64,000 nt of DNA from an uncultured candidate division Zixibacteria bacterium (GCA_963806185.1 CAWDXE010000003.1:64001-128000), one strand, 5' to 3'. Positions 49,298 to 59,449 are shown, numbered from the stretch's first letter. Notes: a model not told the origin generated them from the sequence alone. Numbers and translations: made by a program.

Positions 49298-49937
49298 AAT
49301 TCATCTCGGCTTGTGACTTTTGCAGATAGAGCGGTTCGAGGGTCGCCAGGTCGTCAGTGCGACCGTCGAATATTCTCTTGGCGCCGATCTCGATAAGCAC
49401 GGCGGCGTCGTAGGTAATTTCCGTGAGGTTCAACGAACGGCGTACCTCTTCAGAAAAGCGGTCGGCGTCGTCCTCGAAGATGACTGCGCGACGGCCCCGA
49501 AGCTGGGCGTGGAGGTCGTGACCGGAGACAAAAACAGTCTCAAGCTGCATATTGGCGGCGGCGACTGGAGTGACAAAGAACTCACCGCGACGAAGCGAAC
49601 CGATCCAGCAGGTGGGTTCAGCGGACGTGATTAGTTTGCGGACAAGGTCGAAGTGGGAGACACCCACAACCGGAATGCTGAGAGCAGCGGCCATCCCCTT
49701 GGCAGCAGCAAGGCCGATGCGGAGTCCGGTGAAAGAGCCGGGGCCGATGGCCACGAGGAGACCGTCGAATTGGTCCGACTTCACACCCGCTGATTGGCAC
49801 AGGTTGGCGATCTTGCGCATGAGCACCTGACCGTGTGAACGGTCCACGCGTTCGCTGGACTTAATGAGCCGGTCCTCGCCAAAGCGAAGGGCCAGCCGAA
49901 GCGTGGCGGTAGCAGTATCGATTGCCAGCAGGTTCAT
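49272..49937 (-). CDS. tsaB: t6A biosynthesis protein TsaB
   Basis: LAIDTAT, GPGSFTGLRIG, LEPLYL. Confidence 0.95.
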   Translation of the reverse strand: MNLLAIDTATATLRLALRFGEDRLIKSSERVDRSHGQVLMRKIANLCQSAGVKSDQFDGLLVAIGPGSFTGLRIGLAAAKGMAAALSIPVVGVSHFDLVRKLITSAEPTCWIGSLRRGEFFVTPVAAANMQLETVFVSGHDLHAQLRGRRAVIFEDDADRFSEEVRRSLNLTEITYDAAVLIEIGAKRIFDGRTDDLATLEPLYLQKSQAEMNFERRRQTK

Positions 49938-50365
49938 GGTTCCACCAAGGCGAGGTCAATCTGGCGCGTGGTGTCGTCGACGATTTGGAAATCGATCTTG
50001 AAATATCGCTCCGGGAGAAGTGCTTGCGCCTTCTCTCCCCATTCGACGACGACGATACCGGGACGCGCAAGATAGTCTTCCCAGCCTATCTCGAATAGTT
50101 CGCTCGGATCGCCGATGCGGTAGAGATCAAAATGAAACAGCGGCACTTCGCCGTGATACTCGTTAACAAAGGCGTAGGTCGGCGAAGATACCTCGGAGTC
50201 GCTCATGCCCCGACCACTGACCAGACCCTTGACAAAGGCGGTCTTCCCCGCGCCGAGCGGGCCGGACAGGACGATGACGTCGCCGGGCTTGAACGAGGCC
50301 GCCAGCTTCCTGGCCAGCGCCAGAGTCTGTTCCTCCGAATATGAGGTAACGCTCAGAATCGGCAT
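49934..50365 (-). CDS. tsaE: t6A biosynthesis ATPase TsaE
   Basis: GPLGAGKT, SSPTY, HFDLYR, VVEW. Confidence 0.96.
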   Translation of the reverse strand: MPILSVTSYSEEQTLALARKLAASFKPGDVIVLSGPLGAGKTAFVKGLVSGRGMSDSEVSSPTYAFVNEYHGEVPLFHFDLYRIGDPSELFEIGWEDYLARPGIVVVEWGEKAQALLPERYFKIDFQIVDDTTRQIDLALVEP

Positions 50366-50371
50366 GAGGAG

Positions 50372-51928
50372 TTACCTGGGAGTCAGGACGGCTACGGGCA
50401 CGACCATTTCTTCGAGCGAAATGCCGCCGTGTTGGAAGGAATTCTGAAAGAGGCGGACCATCTCATTGTAATTGTTCGGATAGACGAAATAGAAGTCTTC
50501 CTTGGCCAGAATATAGGTAGTGCTGATGGTGAAGCTGGGCAAGCGGTACTGCTCGGGTTTCTTGATGAGCACCGACTCTTTGGCGTTGGAGTTGAGATTG
50601 TCACCGTACTTATAGCGCAGATTGGTCGACGTGTCGCGCCGGCCGTGGGCCATCGTACCCCGCTTGCAGAGCACGGAGCCGTGATCAGACGTGACCACGA
50701 CGGTAAAGCCTTTGGTCGCGAATGATTTCAGAATCGCATAGAGCGGCGAATGAATAAACCAACTGCGCATCAGGGAACGGAAGGCGGCTTCAGTGCCGGC
50801 GATTTCCTTGAGGATGACATTGTTGGACCGACCGTGCGCCAGGATGTCGAGGAAATTGAATACGAGGGTGACCAGATTGTACTGATAAAGATCGGCAACT
50901 TTCTTGGCGAGCTCGTCCCCCTCGGTATTGTTGTAAATCTTGATGTACTTCTGCCGATCGAGGCGCACGCCGTTACGGGCCAGATTGTCATTCAGCAGGC
51001 GGTCTTCATACTTGTTTAGCGAGCCTTCGTCGGGTGAACTGTAATTGTCCGGGTATATCTTGTGAATCTCATCGGGGAATAGCCCGGCGAAGAGAGCGTT
51101 GCGCGCGAAGGGGGTCGCGGTAGGCAACATCGAGTAGTAGTAGTGTCGATCGACGTTGTACAGTTCGGCGATCAGGGGCTCGACCAGCATCCACTGATCC
51201 AGACGCATGCAGTCGACGACAATGTAGAGAACTTTCTTCTGCGCCTTGAGCGGTGGTACGACGAATGTTTTCGTAACGTCAGGGGAAAGCAAGGGACGGT
51301 TGGCGGAGGTCAGCCAGGAACGGTACTGGGAGTCGATGTACTTGGTAAACTCGGTATTCCACTCCTTCATCGTCCCTTCGTGGGTATGCTGCAGGCCGGT
51401 GTCGTTGCTATGATCGAGTTCCAGGTTCCACTCAGCGACGAGTCGGGCGGCCTCGTGCCAGTCCTCCGGCTCCATTGCACCGTAGAGGCGCTGATTGAAA
51501 CGATTAATTTCAGTGATATAGCGACGCATTGACGACGATTCGATGATCTTTCGCGAATCAAGCAGACGTTTGATGACGAGGAGGATTTGGGAAGGGATCA
51601 CCGGTTTCACGAGGTAATCGTCGATTTTCTGGCCGATCGCCTCCTCCATCAGGGTCTCTTCCTCCGACTTGGTGACCATGACTACCGGGAGATGCGGCCG
51701 GATGTTCTTGATTTCTTCGAGCGTGGTAAGACCGTCTTTGCCGGGCATCTTCTCGTCGAGTAGAGCCAGGTCGAAGATCTGCTTGCGGACGGCTTCGATG
51801 GCATCGTCGCCGGACATCACACCGGTGACTTCGAACCCCTTACCTTCGAGAAAGAGGATATGCGGTTTGAGGGAATCGATCTCGTCGTCGACCCAGAGAA
51901 TTCGTTTCTTATCAGCAGCAGTAGCCAT
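50372..51928 (-). CDS. PorX-like response regulator (REC + PglZ domain)
   Basis: ILWVDDEIDSLKPH, MVTKSEEE, DCMRLDQW, LPTATPFARNA, TSDHG, FQHGGISLEEM. Confidence 0.9.
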   Translation of the reverse strand: MATAADKKRILWVDDEIDSLKPHILFLEGKGFEVTGVMSGDDAIEAVRKQIFDLALLDEKMPGKDGLTTLEEIKNIRPHLPVVMVTKSEEETLMEEAIGQKIDDYLVKPVIPSQILLVIKRLLDSRKIIESSSMRRYITEINRFNQRLYGAMEPEDWHEAARLVAEWNLELDHSNDTGLQHTHEGTMKEWNTEFTKYIDSQYRSWLTSANRPLLSPDVTKTFVVPPLKAQKKVLYIVVDCMRLDQWMLVEPLIAELYNVDRHYYYSMLPTATPFARNALFAGLFPDEIHKIYPDNYSSPDEGSLNKYEDRLLNDNLARNGVRLDRQKYIKIYNNTEGDELAKKVADLYQYNLVTLVFNFLDILAHGRSNNVILKEIAGTEAAFRSLMRSWFIHSPLYAILKSFATKGFTVVVTSDHGSVLCKRGTMAHGRRDTSTNLRYKYGDNLNSNAKESVLIKKPEQYRLPSFTISTTYILAKEDFYFVYPNNYNEMVRLFQNSFQHGGISLEEMVVPVAVLTPR

Positions 51929-51937
51929 GCAGGTAGA

Positions 51938-53200
51938 TTACTTTCCTCCGCCGATGGGCAGCAGAATGTGAAAGACCGTTTCGCCCGGGCCGGAGCGGAC
52001 AAGTCGTATGCGCCCGTTGTGATATTCTTCGACGATGCGACGGACCAGAGTGAGGCCAAGTCCCCAGCCACGCTTCTTGGTGGTGAAGCCGGGGCGGAAT
52101 ATCTTGCGGGCCGCGGCGACCGTGATTCCGACGCCGTTGTCGGCTATCTCGATCAGTACATTGCGTCGATCCGGAGCGACGCTGGTGGTCAAGGTGACTT
52201 GCCCCGTTTTCGAATCGACAGCCTGCAGGGCATTTTTGACCAGATTTTCCAGTGACCAGCCGAGCAGTTCGGTGTTCAGTCGAACCGGCGGGATATCACC
52301 GGCCGTGCAGGTCAGTTGAATGCCTTTGCCTTCAAACGGGAGCCGTCGTCGGTAATATTCAACAACTTCCTGGACCACACGGTTCACGTCGCTTTCCTTA
52401 AGTTCGGGGACGGATCCGATAAGTCCGAAGCGATTGGCCACGCGCTGGAGGCGATCGACGTCGATCGACATATTCTCGGCAGTCGTAACCAGTAATTTTT
52501 CTTCGTCAGCGGCTTCGAGGTCGGCGCGATGAGCGGGACCGATGACCTCGAGCCACCCCATGAGCGAAGATATGGGTGTACCGAGCTGGTGGGCTGTCTC
52601 TTTGGCCATACCGACCCAGATGAGTCGCTCTTCACTTCGACGGATATTCTGGAAGCCGATCAGGCCGATAGTCATGAAGGCAAGGACAACGCCGATTTCG
52701 ACAAACGGCATCCACTGCAATTGACGCACGACCGGGGGATTGCCGTAGTAGAGGTAGTTGGCAAAGGTCTCAGCGTAATAGATGGGGTACTCGCCGTTGT
52801 CGTGTTTCATCTCCTTTACCAATGCCTGCAATTTCAAGAGCGTGCCGGGCAACGTGTCAGTCGGAGATTCAGGTATACCCTCAATGTTCCGCCAATGCGC
52901 CGGGTCGCCGTGATCGTCGGTGACAATAATCGGGAAGGTCGCCTTGACGATGATCTCGTCGAAGATGAATTGCAGTTCAATACCGGATGTCGGCGCGTTG
53001 GCGGCGTACTGCCAGAGGCGCACATAGGTTTCGACTTGGCTGCGCGTGACGGATTTCAGGCGCTCGATTACGTCGAAAGTATACCAGACGAAGAGCGCAG
53101 AGACGATGACCATTCCTCCCAGTAGGAAGAACTTGAAGATCGTCGACTTGCCAACGTACAGGTCGGACGTGCTGTTGATGATTCGCCAATTGCGGGGCAT
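51938..53200 (-). CDS. Membrane sensor histidine kinase
   Basis: Two TMs, WVGMAKETAHQLGTP H-box, ENLVKNA, DNGVGI, GFTTKKRGWGLGL. Confidence 0.93.
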   Translation of the reverse strand: MPRNWRIINSTSDLYVGKSTIFKFFLLGGMVIVSALFVWYTFDVIERLKSVTRSQVETYVRLWQYAANAPTSGIELQFIFDEIIVKATFPIIVTDDHGDPAHWRNIEGIPESPTDTLPGTLLKLQALVKEMKHDNGEYPIYYAETFANYLYYGNPPVVRQLQWMPFVEIGVVLAFMTIGLIGFQNIRRSEERLIWVGMAKETAHQLGTPISSLMGWLEVIGPAHRADLEAADEEKLLVTTAENMSIDVDRLQRVANRFGLIGSVPELKESDVNRVVQEVVEYYRRRLPFEGKGIQLTCTAGDIPPVRLNTELLGWSLENLVKNALQAVDSKTGQVTLTTSVAPDRRNVLIEIADNGVGITVAAARKIFRPGFTTKKRGWGLGLTLVRRIVEEYHNGRIRLVRSGPGETVFHILLPIGGGK

Positions 53201-54459
53201 CAGCCGATGCTGCTCACTCCTTTCATATACGGGCGCAGAACCTCGGGGATAGTCACAGTGCCATCAGGGTTCTGGTAATTTTCGAGGATGGCCGGAATGA
53301 GTCGGGCAAGCGCCACACCGGAGCCGTTAAGCGTATGCACGAAGCGCAGCTTCTTGTCGGCGTCGCGGAAACGAGTGTTCATGCGACGGGCCTGGAAATC
53401 CTCAAAGTTGGAGCAGGAGGAAATTTCAAGATACTTCTCTACGCCGGCGGCCCAGAGTTCGAGATCGTAGGTCTTGGCTGAGGCAAAAGAGAGGTCACCG
53501 GACGCGAGGCGGACGACGCGATACGGAAGTTTCAATCCCTGGAGCACTTTCTCCGCCTGCGCCGTGAGGGATTCGAGTTCGTCGTATGAACCGTCGGGAT
53601 GCACGATCTTTACCATCTCGACTTTGTCGAACTGGTGGACGCGAATCATGCCTCGGGTGTCTTTACCTGCGGCGCCGGCTTCGCGACGGAAGCACGGGGT
53701 AAAACCGACCATGTAGATCGGGAGGCGGTCGACCGGGATCGTGTCACCACGGTACAGATTAGTGATCGGGACCTCGGCGGTCGGGATCAGCCACATGTCG
53801 TCCTCGGTCTTGTACATGTCGTCGGCCAGTTTCGGAAGCTGGCCGGTGCCATACATGGTATCGGAGGTGACAATATGCGGAACCATTACTTCGGTGAAGC
53901 CGGCCTCGGTATGCAGATCGAGCATATAGGTGATGAGGGCTCGCTGGAGTTTTGCACCCATGCCTTTGAGCACGTAGAAGCCTGAGCCGGAGATTTTAGC
54001 GGCCGCTTCGAGATCGAGGATACCGAGTTTGGCACCGATTTCCCAGTGCGGAAGGACCTTAAAATTCGGTTTTGGAATCTCACCCCACTGGCGAATCGTC
54101 TCGTTTTTTGTTTCGTCGCCGACCTGGACGGATTCGTGCGGGATATTCGGAATCCAGCTCAAGGCTTTGTTTAGTTCTCCTTCGGTTTCGCTGAGCTGTT
54201 TGTCGAGGGTGTCGATATCGTCACCCAGTTTGCGCATGGCGGCGACAGCTTCCGTGGCCGGGTCGCCGGCTTTCTTACGTTGGGCGATCTCGCCGGAGAC
54301 TTTGTTTCGTTCGGCTTTTAGCTGTTCGACCCTGGCGATAATCTCACGGCGCCGGCCGTCGAGCTGCAGCACGAGGTCGATATTGATCTTGTCACTTTTC
54401 TTGGCCAGACCGGCGCGAACCTGGTCGGGGGCTTCCCGAATAACCTTTAAATCAAGCAT
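53200..54459 (-). CDS. serS: Serine--tRNA ligase
   Basis: LIPTAEV, CFRREAG, RVHQFDKVE, EISSCSN, HTLNGSG. Confidence 0.98.
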   Translation of the reverse strand: MLDLKVIREAPDQVRAGLAKKSDKINIDLVLQLDGRRREIIARVEQLKAERNKVSGEIAQRKKAGDPATEAVAAMRKLGDDIDTLDKQLSETEGELNKALSWIPNIPHESVQVGDETKNETIRQWGEIPKPNFKVLPHWEIGAKLGILDLEAAAKISGSGFYVLKGMGAKLQRALITYMLDLHTEAGFTEVMVPHIVTSDTMYGTGQLPKLADDMYKTEDDMWLIPTAEVPITNLYRGDTIPVDRLPIYMVGFTPCFRREAGAAGKDTRGMIRVHQFDKVEMVKIVHPDGSYDELESLTAQAEKVLQGLKLPYRVVRLASGDLSFASAKTYDLELWAAGVEKYLEISSCSNFEDFQARRMNTRFRDADKKLRFVHTLNGSGVALARLIPAILENYQNPDGTVTIPEVLRPYMKGVSSIG

Positions 54460-54498
54460 GAACTTCCTTAACCCGCCTATCTTGTCTACTGATAAGCT

Positions 54499-54527
54499 AT
54501 TATACGCAGAGGCGGCGTGGCAGTCAA
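54499..54527 (-). promoter_or_regulatory. sigma70 promoter of the serS operon
   Basis: TTGACT-17-TATAAT. Confidence 0.8.
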
Positions 54528-54641
54528 ACTGTCAAACGGGCCAAATTCAGGGCATTTTGACGTTTGCGGCCCTTGGAAACTTCTTGCCTTTGGGGCCGGT
54601 TTATGTATCTTATTGGGCTTTAGGTAAGGAGAATAGCTGTC

Positions 54642-54869
54642 ATGGCCAAGGTATGTGAATTTTGCGGAAAGAAGCCGGTGTTCGGCAACAAAGTCTCGCA
54701 CGCGAATAATACGTCGAGCCGTCGCTGGAACCCGAATCTTCGAGAGGTCCGCGCTCTGGTCAACGGCGTGCCGAAACGGGTGACGGTGTGTACCGGCTGC
54801 CTGAAGGCGGGCAAGGTGACCAAGAATGTGCGCGGCCGCAAGCCGTCGCAGCCGCAGGCGACCGCATAG
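54642..54869 (+). CDS. rpmB: 50S ribosomal protein L28 (Zn-binding form)
   Basis: [38 protein letters not shown]. Confidence 0.96.
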   Translation: MAKVCEFCGKKPVFGNKVSHANNTSSRRWNPNLREVRALVNGVPKRVTVCTGCLKAGKVTKNVRGRKPSQPQATA

Positions 54870-54895
54870 TAGTCGCCGGGCAATTCGTTAGAAAA

Positions 54896-54936
54896 GCAAG
54901 AAGCCGTTCCCACCGGGGGCGGTTTTTTTGTTGGGG
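54896..54936 (+). terminator. Terminator after rpmB (near-duplicate at 57510-57549)
   Basis: gccgttccc..gggggcgg followed by T7. Confidence 0.85.
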
Positions 54937-55083
54937 ACGTTGCCACAGCCATCGACCGCCGATACCGACGCCAGTTGACATTTGTGTTGTTTACTCCCAT
55001 CCTTCCTTCTGCGCCGTGCCGGCGACGATCTCACGTCCCGGGGCATACGGCGGACCTGCATCTAGTCAATACGAGGCATCAGT

Positions 55084-57441
55084 ATGGAATATCTGGCCAT
55101 GCTTCTCTTGCTGGGCATTCCTCTCGTTGCGATCCTGATCGTTCTTGAACGTATCAGACAGCTCACCGCCCGGGTTTATCAACTGGAGCGGGACCTCAAA
55201 GAGGCGCTTCGAGAAGTCGCCACGAGGAGCCACCCGGTCACGCCGGCTGTGCAGCCGGTTTCCTCGTCTCCCGTCATACAGAAAGAGACTACCGCGCCAT
55301 CTGTCCCGGCGCTCCAGAGAGTACCGGCTCCTTCGCCGGCGCCTCCAGCTCCGACACCAATCCCGGCACCTGAATTACCCCCCTCGCGCACCCGCCAGGA
55401 GTGGGAGGCGATTATTGGCGGGAAGCTGCTGAACCGGATCGGTGCGCTGGCGCTGATTCTCGGGGTCGGGTTCTTTCTCAAGTACGCCTTCGACAACAAC
55501 TGGATATCTGAACCGGTCCGCGTTCTGATCGGTGTGGCGGTAGGTGCCCTGCTCATTTTCTTCGGTGCGCGCACCCACAACAAGGGATTGGTCGTCTTCG
55601 CCCAGGGGATACAGGGAGCTGGGATCGCGATACTCTACCTGTCCGTGTATGCCTCGTTCGGGTATTATCACCTGGTTCCTCACGCGGTGGCATTTGTTTG
55701 CATGGCACTGGTGACGACAATGGCGTTTCTCGTTGGGCTCAGATTCGATTCACAACCGACGGCTCTCCTTGGCTGGTTGGGCGGGTATCTGACTCCCCTC
55801 GTCCTGGCCACCGACGAGGCTAATCTTATCGGTCTCTCCATCTATCTGGCGATGCTGGCCGGCGGAATTGTCACACTCCAATTGAAGCGGCCGAATTGGA
55901 CTCTCCTTGTGCCGCTTAGCGTCTTGGCCAGCGCGTGCGTCTTTCTCGCCGGATGGACTGAGTACGGGGCCACCGATGTCGAACAGATCGTGGGGTTCGG
56001 TTTCCTGGTCGTCTTCTGGGCTATTCACCAGATTCCGGTGCTGGCGCATTACCGTTTGGGACGATCCGAGGAGACCCTCCGACGGGTTGGCGAGATTATG
56101 AATACGGTCCTGTTCTTTGCGGCCATAGTCGTGCTCAGATTTGATTTCGAATCTCCCCTGACGTCAGGAATAGCAGCAGGGATCATCGCTCTGCTGCTCG
56201 GCGGGTCATTCGCGTACCTGCATGGGCGGAAGCTCGACTCGTCGATTGTCCGGCGTATCTACGCGGTGCTGACTATTGCGGCCGCAGCCCTGGGCCTGAA
56301 ACTCGCCATCGCTCCCATTCCCTGGGAGATCATCTCGCTGTCCTTCATTGCCGCAATGTTCACACTTGTCGGCACGCGGATGAAAATCGAGGAGCTATGG
56401 CAGGTCGCCTGCCTGCTTTTCATCCCGGTGGCCATATTACTCCTGACGTACCCGCAAGCGTTCGCGTTTGCCCCCCTGTGGGATTACCGCGTTCTGCTGA
56501 CACTGCGTTCCCTCATCTTCCTGGTGCCCGCGGCATCGATGATCGCCATCTCGGTGATGCTCCACTCGGATCAAAGCAAGGACTCGACGGGAACGCAGGC
56601 AGCCCTGCACGCGGGGTGGGTCTTTCTGCTCTTCTTATTCCTGATTGCCGAGACCAACGATTACTTCCGGTACCGGTTGGCGCAGCAGGGCAATATCATC
56701 CTGTCGGCCGGCAATCAATTTGTGCATCGCCTGGCGCTGGCAGTGCTGTGGACATTCCTTTCGGCGACGGTGGTGGTACTGGGTGTGCGGCGGCAAGTGG
56801 CCGCCATGGTATGGGCCGGAATGGGCGTCGCGATTACCGGCGTGATACTGGGTGTCGCGTCAATGATCAAGTTTGATCCGATCAGCCAGTTTTCGCTGTT
56901 TCTCAACGTTCGATCCGCCACTGTCGTGCTGCTGCTTATCGGCGTGTACGTGATAACGAGGGCACTGCGGCATTTTGATCATCGCATAGCGCCGGATGCG
57001 GTCACTGCGGGACGAATATGTCTTGCGCTCATTCCGCTTATCTTGCTGTCGGCGGAGGCATGGGACGCGTTTGAAATCCACGTGCGGAGCGGGGCGGCCG
57101 GGCTGGGGAACAGCGACGTCGTTACGCAGCTCAGGAACCAGCGTCAGTTGGCGCTCTCGGGAATCTGGCTCGTGTATTCGCTCGTTCTAATCGCGATCGG
57201 CATTTTCAAGCGGCTTCCTCCAGTACGGTTCATGGCAATTGGGCTATTTGCAGTGGCGATACTCAAGATCTTCATATATGATCTATCGTACCTCGAGACG
57301 TTGTACCGCATCTTCTCGTTTGTCGGGTTGGGATTGATACTGCTGGCTGTGTCGTACGCATATCAGCGATACCGGGACATCATTTTCGGCACGAAGCCGG
57401 CGAAAGCGGCGGATGGGACCCTGGCATCTCGGGGGCAGTGA
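55084..57441 (+). CDS. DUF2339 family multi-pass membrane protein
   Basis: WEAIIGGKLLNRIG..GVGFFLKYAFDNNWI, C-terminal KIFIYDLSYL..RIFSFVGLG. Confidence 0.88.
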   Translation: MEYLAMLLLLGIPLVAILIVLERIRQLTARVYQLERDLKEALREVATRSHPVTPAVQPVSSSPVIQKETTAPSVPALQRVPAPSPAPPAPTPIPAPELPPSRTRQEWEAIIGGKLLNRIGALALILGVGFFLKYAFDNNWISEPVRVLIGVAVGALLIFFGARTHNKGLVVFAQGIQGAGIAILYLSVYASFGYYHLVPHAVAFVCMALVTTMAFLVGLRFDSQPTALLGWLGGYLTPLVLATDEANLIGLSIYLAMLAGGIVTLQLKRPNWTLLVPLSVLASACVFLAGWTEYGATDVEQIVGFGFLVVFWAIHQIPVLAHYRLGRSEETLRRVGEIMNTVLFFAAIVVLRFDFESPLTSGIAAGIIALLLGGSFAYLHGRKLDSSIVRRIYAVLTIAAAALGLKLAIAPIPWEIISLSFIAAMFTLVGTRMKIEELWQVACLLFIPVAILLLTYPQAFAFAPLWDYRVLLTLRSLIFLVPAASMIAISVMLHSDQSKDSTGTQAALHAGWVFLLFLFLIAETNDYFRYRLAQQGNIILSAGNQFVHRLALAVLWTFLSATVVVLGVRRQVAAMVWAGMGVAITGVILGVASMIKFDPISQFSLFLNVRSATVVLLLIGVYVITRALRHFDHRIAPDAVTAGRICLALIPLILLSAEAWDAFEIHVRSGAAGLGNSDVVTQLRNQRQLALSGIWLVYSLVLIAIGIFKRLPPVRFMAIGLFAVAILKIFIYDLSYLETLYRIFSFVGLGLILLAVSYAYQRYRDIIFGTKPAKAADGTLASRGQ

Positions 57442-57509
57442 TCAGGGATGAATATGCGGTCAGGCATTACCGACCATATGTTCTTCCCGTCTTCTTCCCA
57501 TGCGAAGAT

Positions 57510-57549
57510 GCAAGAAGCCGCTCCGCGGGGGGCGGTTTTTTTGTTGGGG
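57510..57549 (+). terminator. Terminator, near-copy of the rpmB terminator
   Basis: gcaagaagccgctccgcggggggcggtttttttgttgggg. Confidence 0.8.
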
Positions 57550-57641
57550 GGGATTCTGATCGAGGATCCAAACGGAATACGGCGGAATCACTTCTGAACA
57601 GCCAGCTGCTTTTTCGCTATTACTACGGCCAGATTTGGTCA

Positions 57642-58094
57642 TTAATCATGTACGTAAAGATGTCCTTGCCAGATCCCGAGTCCAGTCTCTCTGGCGGTTC
57701 GCTCGATCTCCATATACCGGTCCGTATTCTCGTATGGGTACTTGAAGTAGGTAAGGGCGTAACCGCGAAAGACCATCATTGCGCCAACATCGTGATTGTC
57801 GGCCGTTTCTACACTTGCAAGGGTACACCCACTCTCATTTGTTCGAATAAGATCGAAAGTGAGCTTTAGTGGTTGATTGTGCAGAATCGAATCGAGGAAC
57901 CTCGTAGCGTTTAAATCATCCTCGCAGGCATCGATCCCCAGGATACGGACCTTCAGGCCCTCCGTAGTTTCGAAAGTGTCGCCGTCAATAGTCCGAGCGA
58001 GTTCCACGAGCCAGTAATCGCCATAGACTTGGGGAGTGGAGGCCGCTGACGAGATCACGATAAGGATTGCAACCAAGACAAAAAGACGGGACAT
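57642..58094 (-). CDS. Secreted thermonuclease (SNase) family protein
   Basis: Signal peptide, IDGDTF..VRILGIDA.E, ARETGLGIW. Confidence 0.8.
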   Translation of the reverse strand: MSRLFVLVAILIVISSAASTPQVYGDYWLVELARTIDGDTFETTEGLKVRILGIDACEDDLNATRFLDSILHNQPLKLTFDLIRTNESGCTLASVETADNHDVGAMMVFRGYALTYFKYPYENTDRYMEIERTARETGLGIWQGHLYVHD

Positions 58095-58265
58095 ACAAGT
58101 TCTCCCGATTTGGTAAATAAACAAGCCTCTTTCCAAAAGATACTTGGTCGGTGAGAATTGGCCAAGCATTTTCGTTGTAGAAGGGACTTAGTCTCCTAGC
58201 GCTCTGTAACTCAAGTCTCCATCGCGGTACAGGCAATTGAGGATTCGGATAGTGGGTCTCGGATT

Positions 58266-58495
58266 GGACCCCCGCTCAAGGGAGGGGGTGACATTAGGAT
58301 AGCGGTGGGGCGATAACGGGCGGTGTGGCGCTACGATAAAGATCATGCCCCGTGGATTCCGGACCGGAGGTCCGGAATGACAAGAGAAGGCATGTGGCGC
58401 ACGAGGACGTACGCCACGTACGGGACTGGAGATTTGTGGACACTGAGGTTCTGGGCCACGGGCCCAGAATGACACTAGAGGGGGTCGGGAATGAC
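58266..58495. repeat. Third REP-like mosaic cluster
   Basis: Hairpins ending TGAC (58266-58292, 58354-58381, 58436-58473), and 58394-58417, an inverted copy of the 7486/7725 unit. Confidence 0.8.
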
Positions 58496-58526
58496 AACTA
58501 GGGTGACGGAAGACATAGTTCAAATG

Positions 58527-58561
58527 AAAACGGGAGTGGCTCGCGTGAGGCACTCCCGTTT
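58527..58561 (-). terminator. Terminator after MORN-repeat gene
   Basis: aaacgggagtg-N12-cactcccgttt. Confidence 0.75.
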
Positions 58562-58584
58562 CCGTACGTACATGAAGGCAATTG

Positions 58585-59337
58585 CTACTTGTCGGTCAAG
58601 GTCCCAGCGGTCCCCCGACTAAAGTCTTCTTCAGCCACCAGCAGGCCGTATTCATCCCAACTCGACCAGACGCCGGTCTTCTCCCCCGTCTTGTACACCC
58701 CATCCGAGGCACGCAGACCGTTACGATGCCACTTGGTGAACGGGCCGTCGAGTTTGCCGGCAGTGTATTTCGTGTCGCGCGATTTCTGACCGTTGTCGTA
58801 CCAGACAATCCAATGTCCATCCTGCTTCCCGTTCTTGTACTGACCTTCCTGCTCGGGTCGGGCGTTTTTGTGCCACGACAACCAGGGGCCGTGTTCGCGA
58901 CCGTTGCGAAAAGTCACCTCCTGCTGTTTGCAGCCGGAGGCAAAGAAGCTTGTCCAGACGCCGTCTTTGAGGTCGCCAACATACGTACCACGGGTCTTTA
59001 CCCGACCATTCTCGTAGTAGCAGACGTACGCACCGTCCAGTTTTCCTTTGACGTAATGGGAGACCTCGAAGGGTCGGCCGTCTTCATACCAGGTACGCCA
59101 GACAGAGTCTCTGAGACCCTGAGTGTACCAACCCTCGGCCTGCTTCTGGCCGCTTTTGAAATAGGCGTTGTAGGCGCCGTTGGGAACGAATTTGCCGTCG
59201 ACGGTACGGATTTCAGTCCATTCCGACCGCTGTTTAGTTTCCAGGTCGACTGTCTTCTTGGTTTGTATGGAACTCGAACAGGCGACCAGAATGCACGCAA
59301 GTGTCGCCGTGACGGGAATATAGCATCGAAAATTCAC
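58585..59337 (-). CDS. MORN-variant repeat (YwqK-like) lipoprotein
   Basis: Lipobox LVAC; repeats of 'G.W..WY.NG.K..EG.YK.G'; GTG start inferred. Confidence 0.8.
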   Translation of the reverse strand: MNFRCYIPVTATLACILVACSSSIQTKKTVDLETKQRSEWTEIRTVDGKFVPNGAYNAYFKSGQKQAEGWYTQGLRDSVWRTWYEDGRPFEVSHYVKGKLDGAYVCYYENGRVKTRGTYVGDLKDGVWTSFFASGCKQQEVTFRNGREHGPWLSWHKNARPEQEGQYKNGKQDGHWIVWYDNGQKSRDTKYTAGKLDGPFTKWHRNGLRASDGVYKTGEKTGVWSSWDEYGLLVAEEDFSRGTAGTLTDK

Positions 59338-59408
59338 TTTGCCCTTACCTCTGCAGAAGCCCGGAATCGAAGTATCTATACTTCTATATCGACAGCAACA
59401 TTTAGGAA

Positions 59409-59444
59409 CTGAGGCCCTTCTTGTGGGATGCCGAAGGGCCTCAG
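59409..59444. terminator. Hairpin after dockerin-domain gene
   Basis: ctgaggcccttc-N12-gaagggcctcag. Confidence 0.6.
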
Positions 59445-59449
59445 CTTGG

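Noticed and set aside
55240..55390. Pro/Ala-rich stretch in DUF2339
   Set aside because: Ordinary low-complexity linker with no DNA-level palindrome
58585..59337. Toxin-antitoxin pair (YwqK-like protein + nuclease)
   Set aside because: The YwqK label only reflects MORN-like repeats; the genes are separated by a terminator and ~490 bp
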